Part shown: piece by piece, positions 46,678 through 57,904 of the stretch
How the letters are laid out: each line of letters opens with the position of its first letter
Position numbering within the stretch: position 1 is the stretch's first letter
From: Acidobacteriota bacterium
Lineage (GTDB): Bacteria > Acidobacteriota > UBA890 > WLXD01
Direction of reading: 5' to 3'
DNA length: 64,000 bases
Assembly (NCBI GenBank): GCA_963666055.2
Contig: CAXWPH010000006.1
Coordinates: 288,001 to 352,000 of the forward strand
Notes under the pieces: generated by a model
What the model saw: the letters and a program-made list of their open reading frames with translations, nothing else
Databases searched by the model: none
Told to the model about the DNA's origin: nothing
Position numbers and translations under genes: made by a program

Positions 46678-48022
46678 CTATCTGATGCTGACCGACAGCT
46701 CAAACACCACGCGCCGACCAATGATGTCGCCATAGATGTGCTGCAGCACGCCGACGTCGGTGAGGTTCGTAGCGCGCACTGAAGCCTCTGCCGTGCCGTC
46801 GAGGAACATGTAGCCGAGCGCCGTGTCGAGCGTCGTGTAGGACTCGGTAGTGCCCCAGAAGCGGGAGTCTAGGACATCCGTCCAGTAAGCCTCGCCGACG
46901 TGATTGACGGAAGCGCCGTAGTACAGATTGCCGCTCCAGCCGTTGTACGAGACGTTGAAGCGGTGCTCTGGCGAGATCCCGATGTCCTGCTCAGGGATGC
47001 CCTTGACCTCGCGCTCGGCCTGATACGAGTAGTTGGCCATCACCGTATTGCGCGCCATCGGAAGGTATCGCAAGCTGACCTCGAAACCCTTATTCACGAT
47101 CTCGCCGATGTTGCGGTAGGTGAACAGCGCCGGCAACGCCACGGGACCGAAGGGCGGCAACAGGAACGTCGGCAGCGACCAGTCTGGAGGTGGGTTGAAG
47201 GCCGTATACGTCTCGCTGGTGTAGAAGTCGATGCTGTCCTTGGTCTCGGTGCGGTAGGCAGCGATGTCCCAGGAGAACTTGCCGTTCGCCACCGAGCCGC
47301 GGTAGCCGATCTCGAACTGATCCAGCCGCTCCTCGACCAGTTCGGGATTCCCCACGGCAGTGGTCGGAAAGACGATCTGCCCGATCGGTGGGCCCACGTT
47401 GACGGCGTTGAAGATCTCCACCTCGAGGTAGCTATTGACCAGCGAGGGAACTCGGAAGGCACGACCGAAGCCGGCGCGGATCACGTGATTTGATGATCCG
47501 GCCGGGTGAAACAGAATCGCCCCGCGCGGCGAAGTCACCGCGCCGTCGATGACATCAAAATAGTCGCCTCGAACTCCGGCGTTGATCGTCACGTAGTCAT
47601 TGATATCGAGATCGAAGGTGGCGAAGCTCCCTCCCTCGGTACGATTGTCCTCCCCTGGGGCAATCGACAGGTCGAAGCTCAGCTTGCGATAGTTTCCACC
47701 GTAGGTGACTGCATGCGGCCCGAGAAGCGACGTGTTCGTAGCCGAAAAATCGTAGGTCTGGGTCCTGAAATTGAACGGCAGTCCGTTCAGTATGTTGACG
47801 GAATCGCCGTTGTTGAAGTTGGCGTATAGGCGGAGATTCCAGCGCCGCCAGTTGTAGTCTGCGCGGGCGTACCAGAACGTCGTGCCATCGTTGATCGAGA
47901 ACGGTCCGATGCCCGGTGTGGATCGTGCCGCCGGTGCTGGCGATGCCGGTGGCGAACGACAGGTAGGACCCGGATCCGGTGTCGACATCGACACGGGAGT
48001 CGAACTTCGGTTGGCGGGAGCC
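46678..48022 (-). pseudogene. TonB-dependent receptor, barrel portion (frameshift near 47915)
   Basis: GRAFRVPS, GNPELVEE, NIGEIVNKGFE, NLTD, terminal FELSVSIR; no plug domain in this orientation. Confidence 0.8.
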
Positions 48023-48029
48023 CTGATTC

Positions 48030-48350
48030 GGAAACGAACTTCTTCGGGTTCGTCGCCTGGGACCTGTTGCCGCTGGATTTCTCCGAGATCGAGCAGATCG
48101 AGGTGATTCGTGGTCCGGGATCGGCGGTCTGGGGAGCCAACGCTCTTAGCGGCGTAGTGAACATCATCACCAAGTCCCCGAGGCAGTACGGCAACGCATT
48201 CCGGGTGCGCATGGGTGGCGGTGAGCGCGGCACTGGATTCGCCTCGATCACCTATTCGGGCATACGCAGCAAAACATCATTTCGGGTGACCGGGGCCTAT
48301 TCAACGCAGGATCCATGGGACCGACCGGGCCCGTTGCCCAACGGCATCTC
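48030..48350 (+). pseudogene. TonB-dependent receptor plug fragment (opposite strand)
   Basis: FGFVAWDLLPLDFSEIEQIEVIRGPGSAVWGANALSGVVNIITKSP. Confidence 0.85.
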
Positions 48351-48791
48351 ACGGGATAATCCTCGTGCACCTGAGAGCATGGCGCACGGTCCTGAGCGCA
48401 CAGAATCCGCTGAATTCGCGCCTCAATGTAGGCTTATTTGCTTTGCTGAGCAGATTTTTTAGTGAGGTGGCCGCGGCGTCCCCGACTTTCCCCGTTTTTT
48501 AGTGTCCCGACTATCCCACGGTTCCGACGTGCACATAGCACGCCTTCCGGCACGTCGCACCATTCGCTTTACACGGCAACCCGTCCGCGCCGCGATCGGG
48601 ACGCGGAATCGCGATTTCACTGCCGCACCTTCGCCTTGACGGGCACGCTCTTTAAATCGGCACAGCATGTGTACGGTGATTGACTCGGACTCGGCAACTC
48701 CCCTTGCTCCACGTCGACGAGGCGGGTTCTGACCGCGTGCCGCGGCCGACCGGAGGATAGGTCTGGCCCTCCAAACCTGTCCGGAAGCAGC

Positions 48792-51611
48792 TTAGCCACC
48801 CCAGCTGTAGTTGAGGCGGCCATAGTAGTATCCGCCACTCAAGCCCCACGGTGTGAACTGGCTATACGGCAGGCCGAAAATATCGGCGAACAGGTCCATC
48901 CGCTGCGAGAAGGTATCGAAGACGTTCTGGCCACCGATGGCCAACGTCACGCCGCGGGTGATCGGCATGCTCGCCTCGAGATCGAAAATGTAGCGACCGT
49001 CCAAAATCGGCGCGTCGGCGCCGCGCACGAACCGCGCGTCGAAGTGATCGACCCAGGCGCCATAGTATTGCAGGCGGCCCATCAGACCCACCTTCCCCAC
49101 CCGCTGTTTGACAGCAACGTTCCAGCGGAGCTTCGGCACCCCGCGTTCTAGGCCGAGCACGTCACCGGGGGTGAGCAAGTCCGACTCTTCCGTCAGTGCC
49201 GTGTGTGTATAGTTCAGCGCGACGCTGATCACCGTGTTGCCGCGGAACGCGCGGGGTGTGTAGGTCGACACGAGGTCCACTCCCTGCGTCTGGCTCGAGA
49301 AGTCGTTGATGAAGAACCGGAAGAACTTCAAGGTGCCCGCCGACGCGATCCCTTCCTCCAGAAGGATCGCGCGCTCATCGTCGGCAAGGGTGAACGTCTG
49401 CGACAAGGCCAGGCGGTTGTCGACGGTCACGCGGAAGTAATCGACAGTCAGCGTGAACGGGCCAGTGTCGACTGCCAGCCCGGCGGTCAGGTTCAGTGAG
49501 GTCTCTGGTTCGAGTGGCTGGCCGCCCCGCAGCTGCGCTGCCCGGAACGTGGATGGCACGTTGGCGCTGTCGACCAGCTGCAGCGTTTCCGGATCGATGG
49601 TCGTCTGCACGTTAAGCGTGTTCTGCTGGCCGGGCGTCGGCGCACGGAACCCGGTGCTGATGCCGCCGCGAATTGAAACCGCGTCGCTCAGCCCATAGCG
49701 GGCCGACAACTTGCCGTTCGTCGTAGCGCCGAAGATGTCGAAGTGCTCGAATCGGAGGGCGCCGCCGACCGTCCACCGCTCGCCCCGCACTTCGAGGTCA
49801 CCGTAAACCGCGAAGTTGCTGCGACGCCAAGCCCCGGCCGTGTAGTCGGGAAAGCCAGGAAAACCGTTCGAGCCAGAGACGAAGCCTTGCGCCGCGTACG
49901 GTCCGACCTCCCACGACGGACGGCCGCCAGCGCCGATCGTGAAGCGCTCGTTGCGCCACTCCGCGCCGGCCGCGATGTTGACCCGCTCCGTGACAGGATA
50001 GGAAACATCAAAATTGAGATTTATGTCCTCCTGCCGATAAAGACCGGGATCAAACTCGCGTGGTGTGTCCGGGCCGAGTGAAGCGTTCACAGTGTTCCGG
50101 AAGAAGAAATCCGACTCGTGCACGCCGTAGCTGGCGCTGGCATCCCAGGTCAGGCCGCTCTCCGCGGTCCGCCGCAGGCCGGCCACCACCGACATGTCGT
50201 GCACTACTCCGCCGAACTGCGGTGTGAAGCCCCCTGGGGCGATCTCCTGGAACGAGAAGCACTGCGGATCGGCGAACACCTGTGCCAGGGCCACCGGATC
50301 CGGCACGTTGTCAGTAATGCGCACCGTGGGACAGTTTGCGGATCCGTCGACGATGCCGTCCTGCGCGTCCAGTACGTCGCCAATCAGCAGCGTCTCGCCG
50401 TCGTCGAGGCTATAGACGTTGACCCGGTTGTTGGGATTCCGGAAATAGAATCCTTCCGTCACCTTCTTCCGGGCGTAGTTGGCGTGGCCGTAGAACGTCA
50501 ACCCGTTGGAGAACGGGTGGCCGAAGTTGCCGAACAACTTCAGGTCGTCCTCGACCGTCGGGTTGCCCCAGATCTGGGCGGGCTCAGCGACGGCCGTGTT
50601 GCCGGCCGCAACCAGCGCCGCCGCGTCGGCGCGCTGTACGCTGCGGTTCGTCGGGTCGGCGTTACCGTACTCGAAGCTGAGGTTGACGAATCCCGTGTCG
50701 CCAAGCGGCCGCCCAACGTTGCCCGCGATGCTGTACGCATCGCCGTCGCCCGCCCGATAGGTGCCAGTGTGCAACGCGAGGCTGCCCGCCCCCCGGGCAT
50801 CCTTGAGCAGGAAGTTCACCACGCCCGCGATAGCGTCCGAGCCGTACTGCGCCGTCGCGCCGTCGCGCAGCACCTCCACCTGCCGCATGGCGATCGACGG
50901 AAACGTCGAGATGTCCGGCCCCTGCGACCCATCCGTCACACCAGCAAACCAGGCGATAACCGACGAGCGGTGACGACGCTTGCCGTTGACTAGCACCAGC
51001 GTATGGTCGTGCGCGAGATTGCGCAGACTAACCGGCCTTACGAGCGTTGCTGCGTCGCTGATCGGGTGCGTGGCGACGTTGAACGAAGGAACCAGCGTCC
51101 GCAGCTGATAATCGAGCGTCGTCGAGCCCTGGTTGACGATATCTTGGGACGGGATGACGTCAATCGGGACCGACGATTCAGTTACCGACCGCGGCTGAGC
51201 GCGGCTCCCCACGACCACGACGTACTCCTCAATCTCGACCGCCATTTGGACATCGAGAATGGTCGCGGCACCAGCCCCGACCTCCACCCCGGCACGCATG
51301 ACCTCCCGGAACCCGGGCCGCGTGAACGTCACGTCGTAGGCACCAGGCTCAAGTTCACTCAGCGTGAACATTCCAGTACTGTCGGTTGAGGCGGCTTGAA
51401 CCGGACCAGCAACCCCCGCGGGTCGCGCCTCCACGGCGACGCCGAGCAGCGCGCGGCCCGTCGTGTCGGTGACTGTGCCCGACAGCTCAGGGGCCTGCAT
51501 GCTCGCGGCGCCTGATGCCGGTGTCAGGACGACGAGCACTGCCGCCGTCACAAGAAGCCGCCTCGGCGAATGCCATGCTGTACTGTCCATATACGCGTGC
51601 CTCTCTGTCAT
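48792..51611 (-). CDS. TonB-dependent receptor
   Basis: Signal peptide, carboxypeptidase-like N-domain, LVLVNGKRRH, VEVLRDGATAQYGSDAIAGVVNF, STGFRAPT, YGRLNYSW. Confidence 0.93.
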   Translation of the reverse strand: MTERHAYMDSTAWHSPRRLLVTAAVLVVLTPASGAASMQAPELSGTVTDTTGRALLGVAVEARPAGVAGPVQAASTDSTGMFTLSELEPGAYDVTFTRPGFREVMRAGVEVGAGAATILDVQMAVEIEEYVVVVGSRAQPRSVTESSVPIDVIPSQDIVNQGSTTLDYQLRTLVPSFNVATHPISDAATLVRPVSLRNLAHDHTLVLVNGKRRHRSSVIAWFAGVTDGSQGPDISTFPSIAMRQVEVLRDGATAQYGSDAIAGVVNFLLKDARGAGSLALHTGTYRAGDGDAYSIAGNVGRPLGDTGFVNLSFEYGNADPTNRSVQRADAAALVAAGNTAVAEPAQIWGNPTVEDDLKLFGNFGHPFSNGLTFYGHANYARKKVTEGFYFRNPNNRVNVYSLDDGETLLIGDVLDAQDGIVDGSANCPTVRITDNVPDPVALAQVFADPQCFSFQEIAPGGFTPQFGGVVHDMSVVAGLRRTAESGLTWDASASYGVHESDFFFRNTVNASLGPDTPREFDPGLYRQEDINLNFDVSYPVTERVNIAAGAEWRNERFTIGAGGRPSWEVGPYAAQGFVSGSNGFPGFPDYTAGAWRRSNFAVYGDLEVRGERWTVGGALRFEHFDIFGATTNGKLSARYGLSDAVSIRGGISTGFRAPTPGQQNTLNVQTTIDPETLQLVDSANVPSTFRAAQLRGGQPLEPETSLNLTAGLAVDTGPFTLTVDYFRVTVDNRLALSQTFTLADDERAILLEEGIASAGTLKFFRFFINDFSSQTQGVDLVSTYTPRAFRGNTVISVALNYTHTALTEESDLLTPGDVLGLERGVPKLRWNVAVKQRVGKVGLMGRLQYYGAWVDHFDARFVRGADAPILDGRYIFDLEASMPITRGVTLAIGGQNVFDTFSQRMDLFADIFGLPYSQFTPWGLSGGYYYGRLNYSWGG

Positions 51612-51759
51612 CGCAACAATTCTCCCTGTAGGCAGGCTGCCCTACTTCGTGCCTCCGCAGCTGTGCGGCTGGCCGAAGAACGTCGTCCCCCGCCCATTTC
51701 AGAAGCGAGAGCGATAATCAAGCTCTCGCGTCCCGTGTCGCTCGGCGGCGCAGCACGGT

Positions 51760-52186
51760 TCCTCATGCCCTGGTGCGCCGCGTGCCACGCCTGCGCGCGG
51801 CGTTCCGCCTCGCGCAAGTCTGTCGGCGTCATCCGCACGGCGACGGCGGCGCGACGCCGTCACGATTAGCTCACGCTCCGCGCCGGTTGACCGAGAGGCG
51901 GCGATGGTCAACCACATGTGGGCCTCGACGGCATCCGGTGGCACGCCGAGGCCCTGGCCGTACATGCCCCCGAGGTTGTACTGCGCGCGCGTGTGGCCCT
52001 GCTCGGCGGCGCGGCGGTACCAAGCGACCGCCTCGGCGTCGCCCGCCTCGGCGCTGGCGCGGAGGTCTGCGAGGGCTTGTGCGGCTGGCCTGTGTTCATT
52101 CTGTGTCTGAACACAGGCCGAACTGCACACCGCGAGGGTGAGAGTGTGGCGACCACGAGGGCGCTGCACACAAGGTGGCGACTCAT
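51760..52186 (-). pseudogene. Sel1-repeat protein, frameshifted
   Basis: AVAWYRRAAEQGH..AQYNLGGMY..GLGVP.D.VEAHMWL; MTP..L.EA.RRA tail in another frame. Confidence 0.75.
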
Positions 52187-52199
52187 TACGTCTACTCCA

Positions 52200-52564
52200 A
52201 GGCGCTGGTGCGCGCCCCGTTCCATCTCCCGCGCGATCACCGCCGAGCGTCCGATAGCCGTCCCCATGCCCTCCGTTGCGGCGTCGACCACCATGCTGTA
52301 GAGGCGGAAGCCCGACGCCCGCGAGAGGTCCGGCGACGGCTGGCCCTGGCGCGCGAACCAGTACGGCCAGTCATCGTCCCATCCGAGATCATACAGCAGG
52401 GGCCAGTCATGCAGGTCGACCGGGCCGCCGGGCCTTCCGTCCTTGATGCGGTGCGCAACGGCCGAGGATGTGACGTGGAGCTCCTCAGCCGCCTTGGCGA
52501 AGCTCTCGCGGCGGGCCGCGGCTTCGAAGAAGCGCAGACATTCAAGCGGCGGAAGGGGCTGCAT
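52200..52564 (-). pseudogene. GcvA-like LysR regulator with a large in-frame internal deletion
   Basis: LPPLECLRFFEAAARRESFAKAAEELHVTSSAVAHRIK joined directly to C-terminal DLHDWPLL...AATEGMG. Confidence 0.8.
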
Positions 52565-52625
52565 GGTCCCCAATCTGCGAACAGGAACAGTTGCCTATTT
52601 GATCGCCTACTAGGATAAGCGTGTC

Positions 52626-52934
52626 TCACACGAGTTGTGGAATGGTAATTATTTGGGCTAAGGGACATTTTAAATTGGGCAAATGCGCGACCCTTGCCGC
52701 GCGGTGCTTGCGCTCGTGGCAGTCCCGGCACAACGGCTGGATGTTGGTGCGGTCCCAGAAGCGCTCCGGCGCCAGGTGCACAGGCTCGATGTGGTCGATG
52801 TGCTCGGCGGCGACCGTGATGCCCGCTTCGGCGCAGGGACGGCACAGCGGCTCGCTCCGGAGGATCCCGGCGCGCCACCGGCGATACCGCTGGTTCCAGC
52901 GCGCGCGGCGGAGGCTTTCTGGCTCGATCGGCAC
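52626..52934 (-). CDS. phage-type HNH endonuclease
   Basis: EPLCRPC...EHIDHIEP...NIQPLCRDCHERKH. Confidence 0.85.
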   Translation of the reverse strand: MPIEPESLRRARWNQRYRRWRAGILRSEPLCRPCAEAGITVAAEHIDHIEPVHLAPERFWDRTNIQPLCRDCHERKHRAARVAHLPNLKCPLAQIITIPQLV

Positions 52935-53361
52935 GTGTCGGATCGCTGTGGGAATCGTGTGGGAAATTTCGCGCAGATTCGTTTGTTTACAAATGTACCG
53001 GGGCGCGAGGCGGCCCTGACTTTCGATGCCCCCCTTTGGACAACAATACTCAGGTATGCGCAGACTGCGCGGTGCATGCTCGCAGGAGGCCCCGGAGGCG
53101 ACCGTGGACGGCCTTGGCCTGCATCAGTACGTACGCGACGGCCATGCCCTGCAGGGCGGTCGCAACACCGTCAAGCACTGAATTGACCCATGCACCGACG
53201 ACTGGGATGACGTCCAGACTGTCGGAAAAGACGGGCAGTGCCACAGCCACCACATAGACCCCGATCCGTTGGGTGAGATCAGCACTCGCGTCCTCTGACC
53301 TGACCCCCGAAAACGGGTCCAGATGTAATCACACGATCTGGGACCAGAAAGGGAGGTCAGA

Positions 53362-53640
53362 ATGCCGGTCAAGAGGCACAGCGCCGAGCAGATCGTGCGC
53401 AAGCTCCGGGAGGGTTAAGTGGAGCTGGCGCGAGGCGCGACGGTCAAGGATGCCTGTCGCAAGCTAGCGATCACCGAGCACACCTACTACCGGTGGCGGC
53501 GCGAGTACGGCGGGCTGAAGCTGAACCAGGCGCGGAAGCTCAAACAGCTCGATAAGGACAACTCCCGGCTCAAGAAGCTGGTGGCGGACAAGGAGCTCGA
53601 CCTGGCGATCCTCAAGGAGGTCGCGGAGGGAAACTTCTGA
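53362..53640 (+). pseudogene. IS3 orfA, TAA at 53416-53418
   Basis: MPVKRHSAEQIVRKLREG*VELARG...TYYRWRREYGG...EGNF. Confidence 0.85.
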
Positions 53641-54521
53641 GCCCAGCACGTCGGCGCGAGGCGGTAGCTCACGTACGACGGCAGCTGGGCGTAACCGAAA
53701 GACGATCCTGCCGGGTGCTCAGGCAGCCCAGGACGACACCGCGATACGTGCCGAGGCCGGCGGACGACGAGCAACTGGTGAGGGACAGGATCGTGGAGTT
53801 AGCTCGGGAGTATGGACGTTATGGGTACCGGAGGGTGACGGCGTTGATGCGCATGGAGGGCGGGCTCGTGAACCACAAACGAGTGCAGCGGATCTGGCGT
53901 AGCGAAGGCCTGAAAGTGCCGAAGAGGCAGCCCAAACGAGCCCGGCTCTGGTTCAACGATGGCTCGTGTATCCGGCTGCGACCGGAGCGCAAGAACCACG
54001 TGTGGGCGTATGACTTCATCCATGACCGGACGCACGATGGCCGGTCCATGAGGATGTTGACGATCGTGGACGAGTACACCCGCGAGAGCCTGGCGATCGA
54101 CGTGGCGCGCAAGCTCAACTCCGAGCAAGTGCTCGAGCGGCTCGGGTGGCTGTTCGTGCACCGGGCAATACCCGATCACATCAGGTCGGATAACGGACCT
54201 GAGTTCACTGCCGCGGCCGTTCGCGACTGGCTGGGCCGACTCGGCGTGGGCACGCTGTTGATCGAGCCGGGCTCGCCGTGGGACAACGGTTACGTGGAGA
54301 GCTTCAAAGGCAAGCTCCGCGACGAACTGCTGGACCGGGAGATCTTCTACACGCTCAAGCAGGCACGGGTTCTGATCGAGAGGTGGCGGCAGCAGTACAA
54401 CCGAGTTCGACCGCACAGCTCGCTGGGCTATCGACCACCGGCCCCTAAGGCGCTGTTGTTGAACCCGGCTCCGCTACGCTCCGCCGGCTTCAACAACCCC
54501 TTGTCGGCACCGTGTTACTGA
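53637..54521 (+). CDS. IS3 orfB transposase
   Basis: YGYRR, WAYDF, SDNGPEF, VESFKGKLRDE, RPHSSL. Confidence 0.88.
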   Translation: MSPARRREAVAHVRRQLGVTERRSCRVLRQPRTTPRYVPRPADDEQLVRDRIVELAREYGRYGYRRVTALMRMEGGLVNHKRVQRIWRSEGLKVPKRQPKRARLWFNDGSCIRLRPERKNHVWAYDFIHDRTHDGRSMRMLTIVDEYTRESLAIDVARKLNSEQVLERLGWLFVHRAIPDHIRSDNGPEFTAAAVRDWLGRLGVGTLLIEPGSPWDNGYVESFKGKLRDELLDREIFYTLKQARVLIERWRQQYNRVRPHSSLGYRPPAPKALLLNPAPLRSAGFNNPLSAPCY

Positions 54522-54589
54522 GATAAGACGTGGTACTAACCGCGGGGTCAGGTCAGCCCGGCAACTGCTGATTAGGCGGTCGGCGATCC

Positions 54590-54945
54590 GCGTAAGTGTC
54601 ACCGCAGCCATCCTGTACTGCGTCTCCTGCCGCTCCACCCCGAGCACCGCCCCCAGCACCGATGGCACCGAGGTCACGGTGTTCGACATCACCAGGGTGT
54701 CGAGCTTCGTGCTCGACTTCATCGGTGGGACGGTGCAGAACACGTCGAGAAGGACGATTAACCCTCTTTCGAAAGTTCGGGCGAAAGTCTACGCGCAGCA
54801 GGCGTGCTGCTTGCTGAGGATGCTGATAGCTACGGTCCAGTCCCCGACAGAGGCCAAGCTACTTTCGATATCCGGATTCCCACGAACAACTCGACAGGGG
54901 CAAGCTACTACACCCTAGAGGTCACGAACTACGTGGCCGGGCGGC
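54590..54945 (+). pseudogene. FxLYD-like Ig-fold lipoprotein fragment
   Basis: IGGTVQNTSRRTI..VRAKVY / LLAEDADSYGPVPDRGQATFDI...YTLEV across two frames. Confidence 0.4.
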
Positions 54946-55438
54946 ACGCGACTCTCTCGTGTTCCGGGTGTGGGCGGCGCGACTGGTGACGTTCCTCGGT
55001 GCAAACTACGAACCAGGAGGCTAATGCTCGACTCGCCCCTCCGGCCCTCCTGCTCCGGCAGTGGGCAGGATTTGCACCAGGTCGATTACACGGCCTTGCG
55101 CAACGGTCAAGCCGTCCAGCGGTGGGGCGGCATGGGCCTTGTGGCCCTGCTCACCCAGGAGACTTTCGGGACTCCGGGCTTCACCGACGACGACGCCTGA
55201 GCCTGGAAGCACATCGAGTTCGGGACGGGCGCGGTCGAGGCCTACCGTAGCGTCACGGATCCGTTCGAGTTGCGCAGCAAGCACGAGGCGAGGGCTTTCG
55301 GTGTCTTCGCGAGCGCGCCGTGGACCGGGCAGCCGCAGCGCTTTCTAGGGAGCGTCCCGCGAGTGCGGAGGCCGGCTCCGATAGAGGAAGCGCCCGCGAT
55401 GGTCCCGGGCTGGCCCTCGAAGGGCATTCCGCGACCGG

Positions 55439-55810
55439 TTACAGCGTGATCACCTGGTCAGGAGGGTTGCCGGCCAGGCATTCGTACAGGTCGGGAAAGC
55501 AACCGACACGGACTCCCTCGACCGTTCCCAGAGGCTCGCACGTGCCGGGCCAAGTCTCGCCTGCAGCCAGTCCGCGCTCGACAGCGCAGGTGTCGCACAT
55601 CATAAGCAGAATCCCATTCTCCCGCGCGACCCGCGAGAGACGCTCTCCCATTGGATCGCCCTGCCGCAGCAGATACGTGTTGTCGTCGAAGAACATCATC
55701 GCCACGACATCGACGCCGTGGGCATCCTGCTCCAGCTGCGGAAGGATCATCTGCCCGAGCTTGTAGCTGGCTGTGTGGCCTGATGTGGCGAAAACGTAAG
55801 CGATCTTCAT
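55439..55810 (-). CDS. DsrE-related protein (SaoD-like)
   Basis: MKIAYVF...MILPQLE..HG.DVV.MMFFDDN, CDTCA, VGCFPDLY; GAGG RBS. Confidence 0.8.
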   Translation of the reverse strand: MKIAYVFATSGHTASYKLGQMILPQLEQDAHGVDVVAMMFFDDNTYLLRQGDPMGERLSRVARENGILLMMCDTCAVERGLAAGETWPGTCEPLGTVEGVRVGCFPDLYECLAGNPPDQVITL

Positions 55811-55949
55811 CGGCGCGAGTTCCTCAGTTGGTCCTCAGAGTGGAGGGGCGTATTCTACAAAGATCAGGTCGAGCGCGGGGACTGACCATCAGGAGTTCAC
55901 CGTGGCGCACCCGGGAAGACACAGTCCTCTGTGACTGGTTGCTGCGCCC

Positions 55950-56295
55950 CGTCGAGGACGCCGCGACCTATTCAACATCCAGGAAGGTATCGTACAGGCG
56001 CGCTTCCGAGAGGGTACGACCGGCAGGTCCCTTTGCAACCGGACGAGGTCTACGAGCTACGGCTGAGCCTCGGTGCCACGGCCAATTACTTCAGGCCCGG
56101 GCACCGCATTCGCCTGGAGGTCTCAAGCTCCAACTTCCCACGCTTCGCCAGGAACCTGAACACGGGGGGAGCAACTACGAGAGCGACACCTGGCAAGTCG
56201 CTCACATAATCGTCCACCATTCCAGGCCGACGCCGTCCTATCTGGTGTTGCCTGTCATGCCCGAGCGCGGGGCTTCAGCGTGCCACGGCTGCTGA
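55950..56295 (+). pseudogene. CocE/NonD hydrolase C-terminal fragment
   Basis: TANYFRPGHRIRLEVSSSNFPRFARNLNTGG...PSYLVLPV with frameshifts. Confidence 0.8.
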
Positions 56296-56299
56296 CCTC

Positions 56300-56545
56300 C
56301 TAGATCTCGGCACGCGCCGAGACGAGCATCGAGACCGCCACGTAGATCACCACCACGACCACCAGCCAGCGGATGGCGGTGAGCGGTAGCGAGCCGACCA
56401 CGAAGGCGGCGACCAGCACCGCCGGGACGCCACCGAGCAACTAAGCCCAGCGACGGGCGCAGCGCGTAGCTGTTCTTGCGCACGAAGCTCACGCTCGCCA
56501 CCGGCATGAGGAACGCGCAGGAGCCCATCATGATCGGGAAATCGA
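56300..56545 (-). pseudogene. TauE/SafE-like permease C-terminal fragment
   Basis: FPIMMGSCAFLMP...GGVPAVLVAAFVVGSLPL..IRWLVVVVVIY. Confidence 0.7.
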
Positions 56546-56594
56546 CAGGAAATACGCCTTCGAGATCTCCTCCGGCTCCAAGCTCCAGCTGGCG

Positions 56595-57003
56595 CGGTAC
56601 TCTCCGGCTCCACGTAGTTCTCCAGGAAGTCCTCGCCCACCTCGCGCAGCAAGTACTCGGGGACGTTCTCGTCGTCGAACTCCGCCGCCGTGTGCGCCAG
56701 GCACGGATCGACGGTCTCGCGGACCCGGGCGAGGTCGGGCAGGATGCGGGGCAACCGCTGCCGATCGCGCTCACCGATGGCCGGACAGGTGAGCCGCTTG
56801 GACATCGGGGTACCGTATTCGGTGAGGTACACCATCTCGCCGTTGTCGGTGTACGAGCCGGCGTCGGTGCTTCGGCCGGAGCGCAGAAGCTTGTCCTCCA
56901 GCGGGTCGACCTCCTCCACCAGCTCCCACATCTCGTCATTGAACTCGAACAGGATCGTGGCGCCCGTGTTCACCTTCACCGAGCCCAGCATCTCCTCGCC
57001 CAT
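56595..57003 (-). pseudogene. acidic hypothetical protein fragment
   Basis: Protein-like stretch MGEEMLGSVKV...FLENYVEP; family not recognised. Confidence 0.35.
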
Positions 57004-57091
57004 GCGCCACGACGACGCGGTGGCCGGCGGGCGCGTCATCCTGGCCCGTGCCTGTCCGCCACACCGGGACCTGCCGTGATCGTTGTCGCGT

Positions 57092-57875
57092 CTAGGCGAG
57101 ATCTCGCGGAATGACCTCGGCCCAGTCTTTTTCGTATTGCAGTTCGCCGCTGACGCGCAGCTCCAGCCGCGCGTTGATCTCTACCGTCTTCTCGTCGCTC
57201 TCGATGGTCATCCAGGGATCTGCACACGATCTCGCGGCGCTCAGCGTTCGCCGTGGCGCTCCCCTCACACCGGATCGTCGCGCGAGCCGGTTCCCGATCG
57301 TTGACCGTGCACCAGCGCCGCTCCACCATGCCGGACTAATCCGTCTCGCGGAACACCTACCGTCTGCGCCATCTCGTCGCGCGTGATCTCCCAGCGATCC
57401 TTCGGTCCGCCTTCTGAGCTTCCGCCAGACGGCCGCGGCGCCACCTCGGGCGGCTCGTACGGCAGCTCGGGTGTGCCCGCCGGCACCACCGGCAACACCA
57501 CTCTCGAACGGCCACGCCGCATCGACGAACAGCTTGGTGCTCATCCTAGGGCGTCGGCCAAAGGTTCGGGAAGTCGGCGTTGCACACGGCCACCCGGATC
57601 CGGTGCCCCGGTGGAAACACCCACGTGAGCCGGTGGTCCCACCCGCGCAGCACCTCCGGGCGGATGTTGAACCGCGGCCTGGGCCGACCGATGATGGCGC
57701 GCTGTGGCACCGACATGTGCTCGAGCATGCGCGGGATGCTGTCGGTGTATCGTAGTTGGGGCGCAGCGACATGCGCTGCCAGAAGGCGTCGTTGAGCTGG
57801 TGCCGCAGCATGCCGAAGATCCAGGGCTCGTTCTCCATACGGAAGCGCGCCTCCGGCGTGTCCGTGTCGTTGTCG
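57092..57875 (-). pseudogene. second CocE/NonD hydrolase, deleted and frameshifted
   Basis: PWIFGMLRHQLNDAFW, WVFPPGHRIRVAV.NADFPNLWPTP, SRVVLPV, terminal IPRDLA. Confidence 0.7.
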
Positions 57876-57904
57876 GGTCAGGCCAGGATGCAGTTGATCG
57901 CGGC

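Larger units (their letters stand above)
53296..54555 (+). mobile_element. IS3-family element (orfA with a nonsense codon)
   Basis: IRL tgacctgacccccgaaaacgggtcca, IRR tggtactaaccgcggggtcaggtca; GGGAAAC slippery site at the orfA end. Confidence 0.92.

Noticed and set aside
45637-46782. 381-aa ORF as a single gene
   Set aside because: It is a chance read-through across an antisense terminase fragment and an IS110 fragment.
53050-53295. Holin-like membrane protein next to the HNH gene
   Set aside because: Hydrophobic and possibly cut by the IS3, but too little sequence evidence to name it.
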